Origin: Camelus dromedarius | Lineage: Eukaryota | Direction of reading: 5' to 3' | Length of the DNA stretch: 64,000 nt | Assembly: GCF_036321535.1 (NCBI RefSeq) | Contig: NC_087436.1 | Span: 2,976,001 to 3,040,000 of the forward strand | In this document: in pieces, positions 53,001 through 64,000 of the stretch | Position numbering within the stretch: the first letter of the stretch is position 1 | Layout: the number at the start of each line of letters is the position of its first letter | Notes under the pieces: generated by a model | Told to the model about the DNA's origin: nothing | Databases searched by the model: none | The model's input: the letters and a program-made list of their open reading frames with translations, nothing else | Made by a program: the position numbers and the translations under genes

Positions 53001-54229
53001 CAGGAGAATCTTTTACTCTGGTTTCTCAGTCTGATTCCTAATGCCGGTTTGAACTTCCTGCAGTTTTCACTGTAAAACAGATTTGGAGTTAGTACTTCCC
53101 CATATATATTTATGGAGTGGGGTTTGCAACTGAAAAGAAACTTTGTGTTCCCAACAAGCTAGGTGAAGGACGGTTTTCACACACACTTATCTCTCAGAAC
53201 TGAGCATGTGTAGAGACTTTCGTTCATCTAGGAAAAAGGGAATGGGTTGCAGGTGTAACTTTTACTCTGGTTTCTCAGTCTGTTTCCTAGTGCCGGTTTG
53301 ATGTTCCTGCAGTTTTCACTGTAAAACCGAGTTGGAGCTAGTACTTCCCCATAAATATGTTTGGAGTGGAGTTTGCAACTGAAATGATACTTTTTGTTTC
53401 CATAAAGATAGGTGAAGTACGGCTTTCACACACACTTATCTCTCAGAACTGAGCATGTGGAGAGACGTTCGTTCATCTAGCCTAAAGAACGGGTTGCAGG
53501 AGAAACTTTAACTCTGGATTCTCAGTCTGTTTCCTAGTGCCGGTTTGAAGTTCCTGCAGTTTTCACTGTAAAACCGAGTTGGAGCTAGTACCTAACCATA
53601 TATATGTATGGAGTGAAGTTTGCAACTGAAAAGAAACTTTGTGTACCCAACAAGCTAGGTGAAGGACGACTTTCACACACACGTATCTCTCAGAACTGTG
53701 CATGTGGAGAGACGTTCTTTCATCTAGCACAAATGGAACGGGTTGCAGGAGAAACTTTTACTCTGGTTTCTTAGTCTGTTTCCTAGTGCCGGTTTGAAGT
53801 TCCTGCAGTTTTCACTGTAAAACCGAGTTGGAGCTAGTACTTCCCCATAAATATGTATGGAGTTGGAGTTTGCAACTGAAAAGATACTTTGTGTTCCCAA
53901 AAAGCTAGGTGAATTACGGCTTTCACACACACGTATCTCTCAGAACTGAGCATGTGGAGAGACGATAGTTCATCTAGGCAAAAGGAACGGGTTGCAGGAG
54001 AAACTTTACTCTGGTTTCTCAGACTGTTTCCTAGTGCCGGTTTGAAGTTCCTGCAGTTTTCCCTGTAAAACCGAGGTGGAGCTAGTACCTAACCATATAT
54101 ATGTGTGGAGTGAAGTTTGCAACTGAAAAGAAACTTTGTGTACCCAACAAGCTAGGTGAAGTACGACATTCACACACACGTATCTCTCAGAACTGAGCAT
54201 GTGGAGAGACGTTCATTCATCTAGCACAA

Positions 54230-57200
54230 AGGGAACGGGTTGCAGGAGAAACTTTTACTCTGGTTTCTCAGTCTGTTTCGTATTGCCGGTTTGAATTTCC
54301 TACAGTTTTCACTGTAAAATAGAATTGGGGCTAGTAGCTCCCCATAAATATGTATGGAGTGGAGTTTGCATCTGAAAAGAAACTTTGTGTTCCTAACAAG
54401 CTAGGTGAAGGACGGCTTTCACACACACTTATCTCTCAGAACTGAGCATGTGGAGAGACGTTTGTTCATCTAGCACAAAGGAAACGGGTTGCAGTAGAAA
54501 ACTTTACTCTGGTTTCTCAGGCTGTTTCCTAGTGCCGGTTTGAAGTTCCTGCATTTTTCACTGTAAAACGTAGTTGGAGCTAGTACCTCCGCATATATAT
54601 GTACGGATTGGAGTTTGCAAGTAAAAAGAATCTTTGTGTTCCCAACAAGCTAGGTGAAGAATGGCTTTCACACACACTTATCTCCCAGAACTGAGCATGT
54701 GGAGAGACGTTCGTTCATCTAGCACAAAGGGAACGGGTTGCAGGAGAAAAATTTACTGTGGTTTCTCAGTCTGTTTCGTAGTGCCGGTTTGAAGTTCCTG
54801 CAGTTTTCACTGTAAAACTGAGTTGGGGCTAGTAGCTCCCCATAAATATGTATGGAGTGGAGTTTGCAAGTGAAAAGAATCTTTGTCTTCCCAACAAGCT
54901 ATGTAAAGGACGGCTTTCACACACACTTATCTCTCAGAAATGAGCATGTGGAGAGACGTTCGTTCATCTAGCAAAAAGGGAACGGGTTGCAGGAGAAACT
55001 TTTACTCTGGTATCACAGTCTGTTTCCTAGTGCCGTTTTGAATTTCCTGCAGTTTTCACTGAGAAACCGAGTTGGGGCTAGTACCTCCCCATATATATGT
55101 ATGGAGTGGTGATTCAACTGAAAGAACTTTGTGTTCCCAAAAAGTTAGGTGAAGGACGGCTTCCACACACACTTATCTCTCAGAACTGTGCATGTGGAGA
55201 GACGTTTGTTCATCTAGCACAAACGAAAAGGGTTGCAGTAGAAAATTTTACTCTGGTTTCTCAGTCTGTTTCCTAGTGCCGGTTTGAAGTTCCTGCAGTT
55301 TTCACTATAAAACCGAGTTGGAGCTAGTACCTCCCCATATATATGTATGGAGTGGAGTTTGCACCTGAAAAGAAACTTTGTGTTCCCAACAAGCTAGGTG
55401 AATTACGGCTTTCACACACACTTATCTCTCAGAACTGAGCATGTGGAGAGACGTTCGTTCATCTAGCACAAAGGGAACGGGGTGCAGGAGAAACATTTAC
55501 TCTGGTTTCTCAGTCTGTTTTCTAGTGCCGGTTGAAGTTCCTGCAGTTTTCACTGTAAAACCGAGTTGGAGCTAGTACCTCCCCATATATATGTATGGAG
55601 TGTAGTTTTCAAGTGAAAAGAAACTTTGTGTTCCCAAAAAGCTAGGTGAAGGACGGCTTTTACACACACATATCTCTCAGAACTGAGCATGTGGAGAGAC
55701 GTTCGTTCATCTAGCACAAAGGGAACGGTTTGCAGGAGAAAATATTACTCTGGTTTCCCAGTCTGTTTCCTAGTGCCGGTTTGATGTTCCTGCATTTTTC
55801 ACTGTAAAACCGAGTTGGGGCTTGTACCAACCCCTTATATATGTATGGAGTGGAGTTTGCAACTGAAAAGATACTTTGTGTTCCCAACAAGCTAGGTGAA
55901 GAACGGCTTTCACACACACTTATCTCTCAGAACTGAGCATGTTGAGAGATGTTCGTTCATCTAGCAAAAAGAGAACGGGTTGCAGGAGAATCTTTTACTC
56001 TGGTTTCTCAGTCTGATTCCTAATGCCGGTTTGAACTTCCTGCAGTTTTCACTGTAAAACAGATTTGGAGTTAGTACTTCCCCATATATATTTATGGAGT
56101 GGGGTTTGCAACTGAAAAGAAACTTTGTGTTCCCAACAAGCTAGGTGAAGGACGGTTTTCACACACACTTATCTCTCAGAACTGAGCATGTGTAGAGACT
56201 TTCGTTCATCTAGGAAAAAGGGAATGGGTTGCAGGTGTAACTTTTACTCTGGTTTCTCAGTCTGTTTCCTAGTGCCGGTTTGATGTTCCTGCAGTTTTCA
56301 CTGTAAAACCGAGTTGGAGCTAGTACTTCCCCATAAATATGTTTGGAGTGGAGTTTGCAACTGAAAAGATACTTTTTGTTTCCATAAAGATAGGTGAAGG
56401 ACGGCTTTCACACACACTTATCTCTCAGAACTGAGCATGTGGAGAGACTTTCGTTCATCTAGCCTAAAGAACGGGTTGCAGGAGAAACTTTAACTCTGGA
56501 TTCTCAGTCTGTTTCCTAGTGCCGGTTTGAAGTTCCTGCAGTTTTCACTGTAAAACCGAGTTGGAGCTAGTACCTCCCCATATATATGTACGGATTGGAG
56601 TTTGCAAGTAAAAAGAATCTTTGTGTTCCCAACAAGCTAGGTGAAGAATGGCTTTCACACACACTTATCTCCCAGAACTGAGCATGTGGAGAGACGTTCG
56701 TTCATCTAGCACAAAGGGAACGGGTTGCAGGAGAAAAATTTACTGTGGTTTCTCAGTCTGTTTCGTAGTGCCGGTTTGAAGTTCCTGCAGTTTTCACTGT
56801 AAAACTGAGTTGGGGCTAGTAGCTCCCCATAAATATGTATGGAGTGGAGTTTGCAAGTGAAAAGAATCTTTGTCTTCCCAACAAGCTAGGTAAAGGACGG
56901 CTTTCACACACACTTATCTCTCAGAAATGAGCATGTGGAGAGACGTTTGTTCATCTAGCACAAAGGAAAAGGGTTGCAGTAGAAAATTTTACTCTGGTTT
57001 CTCAGTCTGTTTCCTAGTGCCGGTTTGAAGTTCCTGCAGTTTTCACTATAAAACCGAGTTGGAGCTAGTACCTCCCCATATATATGTATGGAGTGGAGTT
57101 TGCACCTGAAAAGAAACTTTGTGTTCCCAACAAGCTAGGTGAATTACGGCTTCCACACACACTTATCTCTCAGAACTGAGCATGTGGAGAGACGTTCGTT

Positions 57201-60200
57201 CATCTAGCACAAAGGGAACGGGGTGCAGGAGAAACATTTACTCTGGTTTCTCAGTCTGTTTTCTAGTGCCGGTTGAAGTTCCTGCAGTTTTCACTGTAAA
57301 ACCGAGTTGGAGCTAGTACCTCCCCATATATATGTATGGAGTGTAGTTTTCAAGTGAAAAGAAACTTTGTGTTCCCAAAAAGCTAGGTGAAGGACGGCTT
57401 TTACACACACATATCTCTCAGAACTGAGCATGTGGAGAGACGTTCGTTCATCTAGCACAAAGGGAACGGTTTGCAGGAGAAAATATTACTCTGGTTTCCC
57501 AGTCTGTTTCCTAGTGCCGGTTTGATGCTCCTGCAGTTTTCACTGTAGAACCGAGTTGGAGCTAGTACCTCCCCATATATATGTATGGATTGGAGTTTGA
57601 AAGTGAAAAGAATCTTTGTGTTCCGAAAAGCTAGGTGAAGGACGGCTTTCACACACACTTATCTCTCAGAAATGAGCATGTGGAGAGACGTTCGTTCATC
57701 TAGCAAAAATTAAACGGGTTGCAGGAGAAACTTTTACTCTGGTTTCTCAGTCTGTTTCCTAGTGCTGGTTTGAAGTTCCTGCTGTTTTCACTGTAAAACC
57801 GAGTTGGAGCTTGTACCTCCCCATATATATGTATGGAGTGGAGTTTGCAACTGAAAAGAAACTTTATGTTCCCAACAAGCTAGGTGAAGGACGACTTTCA
57901 CACACACTTATCTCTCAGAACTGAGCATGTGGAGAGACCTTCGTTCATCTAGCACAAAGGGAACGAGTTGCAGGAGAATCTATTACTCTGGCTTCTCAGT
58001 CTGTTTCCTAGTGCCGGGTTGAAGTTCCTGCAGTTTTCACTGTAAAACCGAGTTGGGGCTTGTACCAACCCCTTATATATGTATGGAGTGGAGTTTGCAA
58101 CTGAAAAGGTACTTTGTGTTCCCAACAAGCGATGTGAAGGATGGCTTTCACACACACTTATCTCTCAGAACTGAGCATGTGGAGAGACGTTCCTTAATCT
58201 AGCACAAAGGGAACGGGTTGCAGGAGAAACTTTTAGTCTGGTTCTCAGTCTGTTTCCTAGTGCCGGTTTGAAGTTCCTGCAGTTTTCACTGTGAAACCGA
58301 GTTGGGGCGAGTACCTCCCCATATATATTTATGGAGTGGAGTTTGCAACTGAAAAGAAAGTTTGTGTTCCCAACAAGCTAGGTGAAGGACGGCTTTCACA
58401 CACACTTATCTCTCAGAACTGAGCATGTTGAGAGATGTTCGTTCATCTAGCAAAAATAGAACGGGTTGCAGGAGAATCTTTTACTCTGGTTTCTCAGTCT
58501 GATTCCTAGTGCCAGTTTGAACTTCCTGCAGTTTTCACTGTAAAACAGATTTGGAGTTAGTACTTCCCCATATATATTTATGGAGTGGGGTTTGCAACTG
58601 AAAAGAAACTTTGTGTTCCCAAAAAGCAAGGTGAAGGAAGGTTTTCACACACACGTATCTCTCAGAAATGAGCATGTGGAGAGACGTTCGTTCATCTAGC
58701 ACAAAGGGAACGAGTTGCAGGAGAATCTATTACTCTGGCTTCTCAGTCTGTTTCCTAGTGCCGGGTTTAAGTTCCTGCAGATTTCACTGTAAAACCGAGT
58801 TGGGGCTTGTACCAACCCCTTATAGATGTATGGATTGGAGTTTGCAACTGAAAAGATACTTTGTGTTCCCAACAAGCTAGGTGAAGAACGGCTTTCACAC
58901 ACACTTATCTCTCAGAACTGAGCATGTAGAGAGATGTTCGTTCATCTAGCAAAAAGAGAACGGGATGCAGGGGAATCTTTTACTCTGGTTTCTCAGTCTG
59001 ATTCCTAATGCCGGTTTGAACTTCCTGCAGTTTTCACTGTAAAACAGATTTGGAGTTAGTACTTCCCCATATATATTTATGGAGTGGGGTTTGCAACTGA
59101 AAAGAAACTTTGTGTTCCCAACAAGCTAGGTGAAGGACGGTTTTCACACACACTTATCTCTCAGAACTGAGCATGTGTAGAGACTTTCGTTCATCTAGGA
59201 AAAAGGGAATGGGTTGCAGGTGTAACTTTTACTCTGGTTTCTCAGTCTGTTTCCTAGTGCCGGTTTGATGTTCCTGCAGTTTTCACTGTAAAACCGAGTT
59301 GGAGCTAGTACTTCCCCATAAATATGTTTGGAGTGGAGTTTGCAACTGAAAAGATACTTTTTGTTTCCAAAAAGATAGGTGAAGGACGGCTTTCACACAC
59401 ACTTATCTCTCAGAACTGAGCATGTGGAGAGACGTTCGTTCATCTAGCCTAAAGAACGGGTTGCAGGAGAAACTTTAACTTTGGATTCTCAGTCTGTTTC
59501 CTAGTGCCGATTTGAAGTTCCTGCAGTTTTCACTGTAAAACCGAGTTGGAGCTAGTACCTAACCATATATATGTATGGAGTGAAGTTTGCAACTGAAAAG
59601 AAACTTTGTGTACCCAACAAGCTAGGTGAAGGACGACTTTCACACACACGAATCTCTCAGATCTGTGCATGTGGAGAGACGTTCTTTCATCTAGCACAAA
59701 TGGAACGGGTTGCAGGAGAAACTTTTACTCTGGTTTCTCAGTCTGTTTCCTAGTGCCGGTTTGAAGTTCCTACAGTTTTCACTGTAAAATAGAATTAGGG
59801 CTAGTAGCTCCCCATAAATATGTATGGAGTGGAGTTTGCATCTGAAAAGAAACTTTGTGTTCCTAACAAGCTAGGTGAAGGACGGCTTTCACACACACTT
59901 ATCTCTCAGAACTGAGCATGTGGAGAGACGTTCATTCATCTAGCACAAAGGGAACTGGTTGCATGAGAAACTTTTACTCTGGTTTCTCAGTCTGTTTCGT
60001 ATTGCCGGTTTGAATTTCCTACAGTTTTCACTGTAAAATAGAATTGGGGCTAGTAGCTCCCCATAAATATGTATGGAGTGGAGTTTGCATCTGAAAAGAA
60101 ACTTTGTGTTCCTAACAAGCTAGGTGAAGGACGGCTTTCACACACACTTATCTCTCAGAACTGAGCATGTGGAGAGACGTTTGTTCATCTAGCACAAAGG

Positions 60201-63200
60201 AAACGGGTTGCAGTAGAAAACTTTACTCTGGTTTCTCAGGCTGTTTCCTAGTGCCGGTTTGAAGTTCCTGCATTTTTCACTGTAAAACGTAGTTGGAGCT
60301 AGTACCTCCCCATATATATGTACGGATTGGTGTTTGCAAGTAAAAAGAATCTTTGTGTTCCCAACAAGCTAGGTGAAGAATGGCTTTCACACACACTTAT
60401 CTCCCAGAACTGAGCATGTGGAGAGACGTTCGTTCATCTAGCACAAAGGGAACGGGTTGCAGGAGAAAAATTTACTGTGGTTTCTCAGTCTGTTTCGTAG
60501 TGCCGGTTTGAAGTTCCTGCAGTTTTCACTGTAAAACTGAGTTGGGGCTAGTAGCTCCCCATAAATATGTATGGAGTGGAGTTTGCAAGTGAAAAGAATC
60601 TTTGTCTTCCCAACAAGCTATGTAAAGGACGGCTTTCACACACACTTATCTCTCAGAAATGAGCATGTGGAGAGACGTTCGTTCATCTAGCAAAAAGGGA
60701 ACGGGTTGCAGGAGAAACTTTTACTCTGGTATCACAGTCTGTTTCCTAGTGCCGTTTTGAATTTCCTGCAGTTTTCACTGAGAAACCGAGTTGGGGCTAG
60801 TACCTCCCCATATATATGTATGGAGTGGTGATTCAACTGAAAGAACTTTGTGTTCCCAAAAAGTTAGGTGAAGGACGGCTTCCACACACACTTATCTCTC
60901 AGAACTGTGCATGTGGAGAGACGTTTGTTCATCTAGCACAAACGAAAAGGGTTGCAGTAGAAAATTTTACTCTGGTTTCTCAGTCTGTTTCCTAGTGCCG
61001 GTTTGAAGTTCCTGCAGTTTTCACTATAAAACCGACTTGGAGCTAGTACCTCCCCATATATATGTATGGAGTGGAGTTTGCACCTGAAAAGAAACTTTGT
61101 GTTCCCAACAAGCTAGGTGAATTACGGCTTTCACACACACTTATCTCTCAGAACTGAGCATGTGGAGAGACGTTCGTTCATCTAGCACAAAGGGAACGGG
61201 GTGCAGGAGAAACATTTACTCTGGTTTCTCAGTCTGTTTTCTAGTGCCGGTTGAAGTTCCTGCAGTTTTCACTGTAAAACCGAGTTGGAGCTAGTACCTC
61301 CCCATATATATGTATGGAGTGTAGTTTTCAAGTGAAAAGAAACTTTGTGTTCCCAAAAAGCTAGGTGAAGGACGGCTTTTACACACACATATCTCTCAGA
61401 ACTGAGCATGTGGAGAGACGTTCGTTCATCTAGCACAAAGGGAACGGTTTGCAGGAGAAAATATTACTCTGGTTTCCCAGTCTGTTTCCTAGTGCCGGTT
61501 TGATGTTCCTGCATTTTTCACTGTAAAACCGAGTTGGGGCTTGTACCAACCCCTTATATATGTATGGAGTGGAGTTTGCAACTGAAAAGATACTTTGTGT
61601 TCCCAACAAGCTAGGTGAAGAACGGCTTTCACACACACTTATCTCTCAGAACTGAGCATGTTGAGAGATGTTCGTTCATCTAGCAAAAAGAGAACGGGTT
61701 GCAGGAGAATCTTTTACTCTGGTTTCTCAGTCTGATTCCTAATGCCGGTTTGAACTTCCTGCAGTTTTCACTGTAAAACAGATTTGGAGTTAGTACTTCC
61801 CCATATATATTTATGGAGTGGGGTTTGCAACTGAAAAGAAACTTTGTGTTCCCAACAAGCTAGGTGAAGGACGGTTTTCACACACACTTATCTCTCAGAA
61901 CTGAGCATGTGTAGAGACTTTCGTTCATCTAGGAAAAAGGGAATGGGTTGCAGGTGTAACTTTTACTCTGGTTTCTCAGTCTGTTTCCTAGTGCCGGTTT
62001 GATGTTCCTGCAGTTTTCACTGTAAAACCGAGTTGGAGCTAGTACTTCCCCATAAATATGTTTGGAGTGGAGTTTGCAACTGAAAAGATACTTTTTGTTT
62101 CCATAAAGATAGGTGAAGGACGGCTTTCACACACACTTATCTCTCAGAACTGAGCATGTGGAGAGACTTTCGTTCATCTAGCCTAAAAACGGGTTGCAGG
62201 AGAAACTTTAACTCTGGATTCTCAGTCTGTTTCCTAGTGCCGGTTTGAAGTTCCTGCAGTTTTCACTGTAAAACCGAGTTGGAGCTAGTACCTCCCCATA
62301 TATATGTACGGATTGGAGTTTGCAAGTAAAAAGAATCTTTGTGTTCCCAACAAGCTAGGTGAAGAATGGCTTTCACACACACTTATCTCCCAGAACTGAG
62401 CATGTGGAGAGACGTTCGTTCATCTAGCACAAAGGGAACGGGTTGCAGGAGAAAAATTTACTGTGGTTTCTCAGTCTGTTTCGTAGTGCCGGTTTGAAGT
62501 TCCTGCAGTTTTCACTGTAAAACTGAGTTGGGGCTAGTAGCTCCCCATAAATATGTATGGAGTGGAGTTTGCAAGTGAAAAGAATCTTTGTCTTCCCAAC
62601 AAGCTAGGTAAAGGACGGCTTTCACACACACTTATCTCTCAGAAATGAGCATGTGGAGAGACGTTTGTTCATCTAGCACAAAGGAAAAGGGTTGCAGTAG
62701 AAAATTTTACTCTGGTTTCTCAGTCTGTTTCCTAGTGCCGGTTTGAAGTTCCTGCAGTTTTCACTATAAAACCGAGTTGGAGCTAGTACCTCCCCATATA
62801 TATGTATGGAGTGGAGTTTGCACCTGAAAAGAAACTTTGTGTTCCCAACAAGCTAGTTGAATTACGGCTTTCACACACACTTATCTCTCAGAACTGAGCA
62901 TGTGGAGAGACGTTCGTTCATCTAGCACAAAGGGAACGGGGTGCAGGAGAAACATTTACTCTGGTTTCTCAGTCTGTTTTCTAGTGCCGGTTGAAGTTCC
63001 TGCAGTTTTCACTGTAAAACCGAGTTGGAGCTAGTACCTCCCCATATATATGTATGGAGTGTAGTTTTCAAGTGAAAAGAAACTTTGTGTTCCCAAAAAG
63101 CTAGGTGAAGGACGGCTTTTACACACACATATCTCTCAGAACTGAGCATGTGGAGAGACGTTCGTTCATCTAGCACAAAGGGAACGGTTTGCAGGAGAAA

Positions 63201-64000
63201 ATATTACTCTGGTTTCCCAGTCTGTTTCCTAGTGCCGGTTTGATGCTCCTGCAGTTTTCACTGTAGAACCGAGTTGGAGCTAGTACCTCCCCATATATAT
63301 GTATGGATTGGAGTTTGAAAGTGAAAAGAATCTTTGTGTTCCGAAAAGCTAGGTGAAGGACGGCTTTCACACACACTTATCTCTCAGAAATGAGCATGTG
63401 GAGAGACGTTCGTTCATCTAGCAAAAATTAAACGGGTTGCAGGAGAAACTTTTACTCTGGTTTCTCAGTCTGTTTCCTAGTGCTGGTTTGAAGTTCCTGC
63501 TGTTTTCACTGTAAAACCGAGTTGGAGCTTGTACCTCCCCATATATATGTATGGAGTGGAGTTTGCAACTGAAAAGAAACTTTATGTTCCCAACAAGCTA
63601 GGTGAAGGACGACTTTCACACACACTTATCTCTCAGAACTGAGCATGTGGAGAGACCTTCGTTCATCTAGCACAAAGGGAACGAGTTGCAGGAGAATCTA
63701 TTACTCTGGCTTCTCAGTCTGTTTCCTAGTGCCGGGTTGAAGTTCCTGCAGTTTTCACTGTAAAACCGAGTTGGGGCTTGTACCAACCCCTTATATATGT
63801 ATGGAGTGGAGTTTGCAACTGAAAAGGTACTTTGTGTTCCCAACAAGCGATGTGAAGGATGGCTTTCACACACACTTATCTCTCAGAACTGAGCATGTGG
63901 AGAGACGTTCCTTAATCTAGCACAAAGGGAACGGGTTGCAGGAGAAACTTTTAGTCTGGTTCTCAGTCTGTTTCCTAGTGCCGGTTTGAAGTTCCTGCAG
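54230..64000 (+). repeat. 23-monomer (5718-5719 bp) offset duplication; second copy runs off the window end
   Basis: ORF pairs 55711/61430, 57452/63170 and 57949/63667 translate identically. 'tattgccggtttgaatttcctacag' is at 54281/60000. Private variants 'ggtgattcaactgaaagaac', 'aaacgaaaagg' and 'gatgctcctgc' appear in both copies. Confidence 0.92.

Larger units (their letters stand above)
1..64000 (+). repeat. Tandem satellite DNA array, ~248-249 bp monomer, ~257 head-to-tail copies, running off both window ends; probably (peri)centromeric or heterochromatic satellite (location is inference)
   Basis: The anchor 'gagcatgtgg' occurs at 36, 284, 533, 782, 1031 ... 63891. The 63855 bp span fits 257 periods of ~248.5 bp. 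Monomers differ mostly by substitutions and 1-bp indels. No non-satellite stretch or orientation switch was seen. Confidence 0.99.
31850..64000 (+). repeat. Higher-order-repeat domain: ordered set of 14-15 distinguishable monomer types, repeated with in-register deletions and duplications
   Basis: The same order of diagnostic monomers recurs: ggcaaaagg/cagactg; cgtattgcc/cctacag; caggctg/gtacgga; ctgtgg/gtcttccc; ggtatcac/gagaaacc; ggaaaaggg/cacctg; ggggtgc/tgtagtt; aatattac/gtagaacc; gtaaacggg; cttgtaccaacccc; gattcctaatg/acagattt; ggtgtaac; gcctaaa; ttcttt/aatgg; optional ttccttaatc. A complete 14-mer spans ~50470-53960. Confidence 0.85.

Noticed and set aside
692..63873. About 70 short ORFs (60-84 aa) with mutually similar translations
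   Set aside because: Each lies within about one monomer and recurs at multiples of ~248.5 bp, on both strands and in several frames. They are broken by stops or frameshifts in most copies and have no recognisable domain. They are by-products of the satellite, useful only as variant markers.
1..64000. CRISPR array or repeat-spacer cassette system
   Set aside because: There are no unique spacers. The whole 249 bp unit is repeated and no cas, integrase or other gene is present.
1..64000. Intact canonical CENP-B box (TTCGnnnnAnnCGGG)
   Set aside because: In the consensus the TTCG and CGGG halves are 13 bp too far apart. I noticed no correctly spaced copy, though this was not an exhaustive scan.
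1..64000. Tandem RNA-gene array (5S rRNA, tRNA, snRNA)
   Set aside because: I recognised no 5S, tRNA or snRNA sequence. Variation is spread across the unit and is not split into a conserved gene plus a variable spacer.
1..64000. Transposon insertion, inversion or telomeric repeat
   Set aside because: Monomer phase and orientation appear continuous throughout. I saw no foreign sequence, poly(A) tail, LTR or TTAGGG tract.

Overview
The whole 64 kb window is one uninterrupted, head-to-tail tandem satellite array: about 257 copies of a ~248-249 bp monomer, all on one strand. I found no protein-coding gene, RNA gene, transposon insertion or CRISPR array. Every listed ORF is a short stop-free frame that recurs at multiples of the monomer length. 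Approximate consensus, read by eye: ctcagaactgagcatgtggagagacgttcgttcatctagcacaaagggaacgggttgcaggagaaacttttactctggtttctcagtctgtttcctagtgccggtttgaagttcctgcagttttcactgtaaaaccgagttggagctagtacctccccatatatatgtatggagtggagtttgcaactgaaaagaaactttgtgttcccaacaagctaggtgaaggacggctttcacacacacttatct. It looks like eukaryotic (peri)centromeric or heterochromatic satellite DNA, but I cannot name the family or species. The interesting structure lies above and within the monomer: (1) three layers with different variant sets (~1-17.5 kb, ~17.5-31.5 kb, ~31.5-64 kb); (2) nested block duplications of 2, 5, 6, 7, 8, 9, 12, 14, 15, 16/19, 22, 23 and 28 monomers, including an ordered 14-15-monomer higher-order repeat (HOR) in the right half; (3) a length-neutral 4-for-4 monomer replacement at ~14.3-15.3 kb; (4) about five short dyad symmetries per monomer; (5) a CENP-B-box-like motif split by 13 bp. 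Block boundaries were placed by eye and are approximate to within about one monomer.
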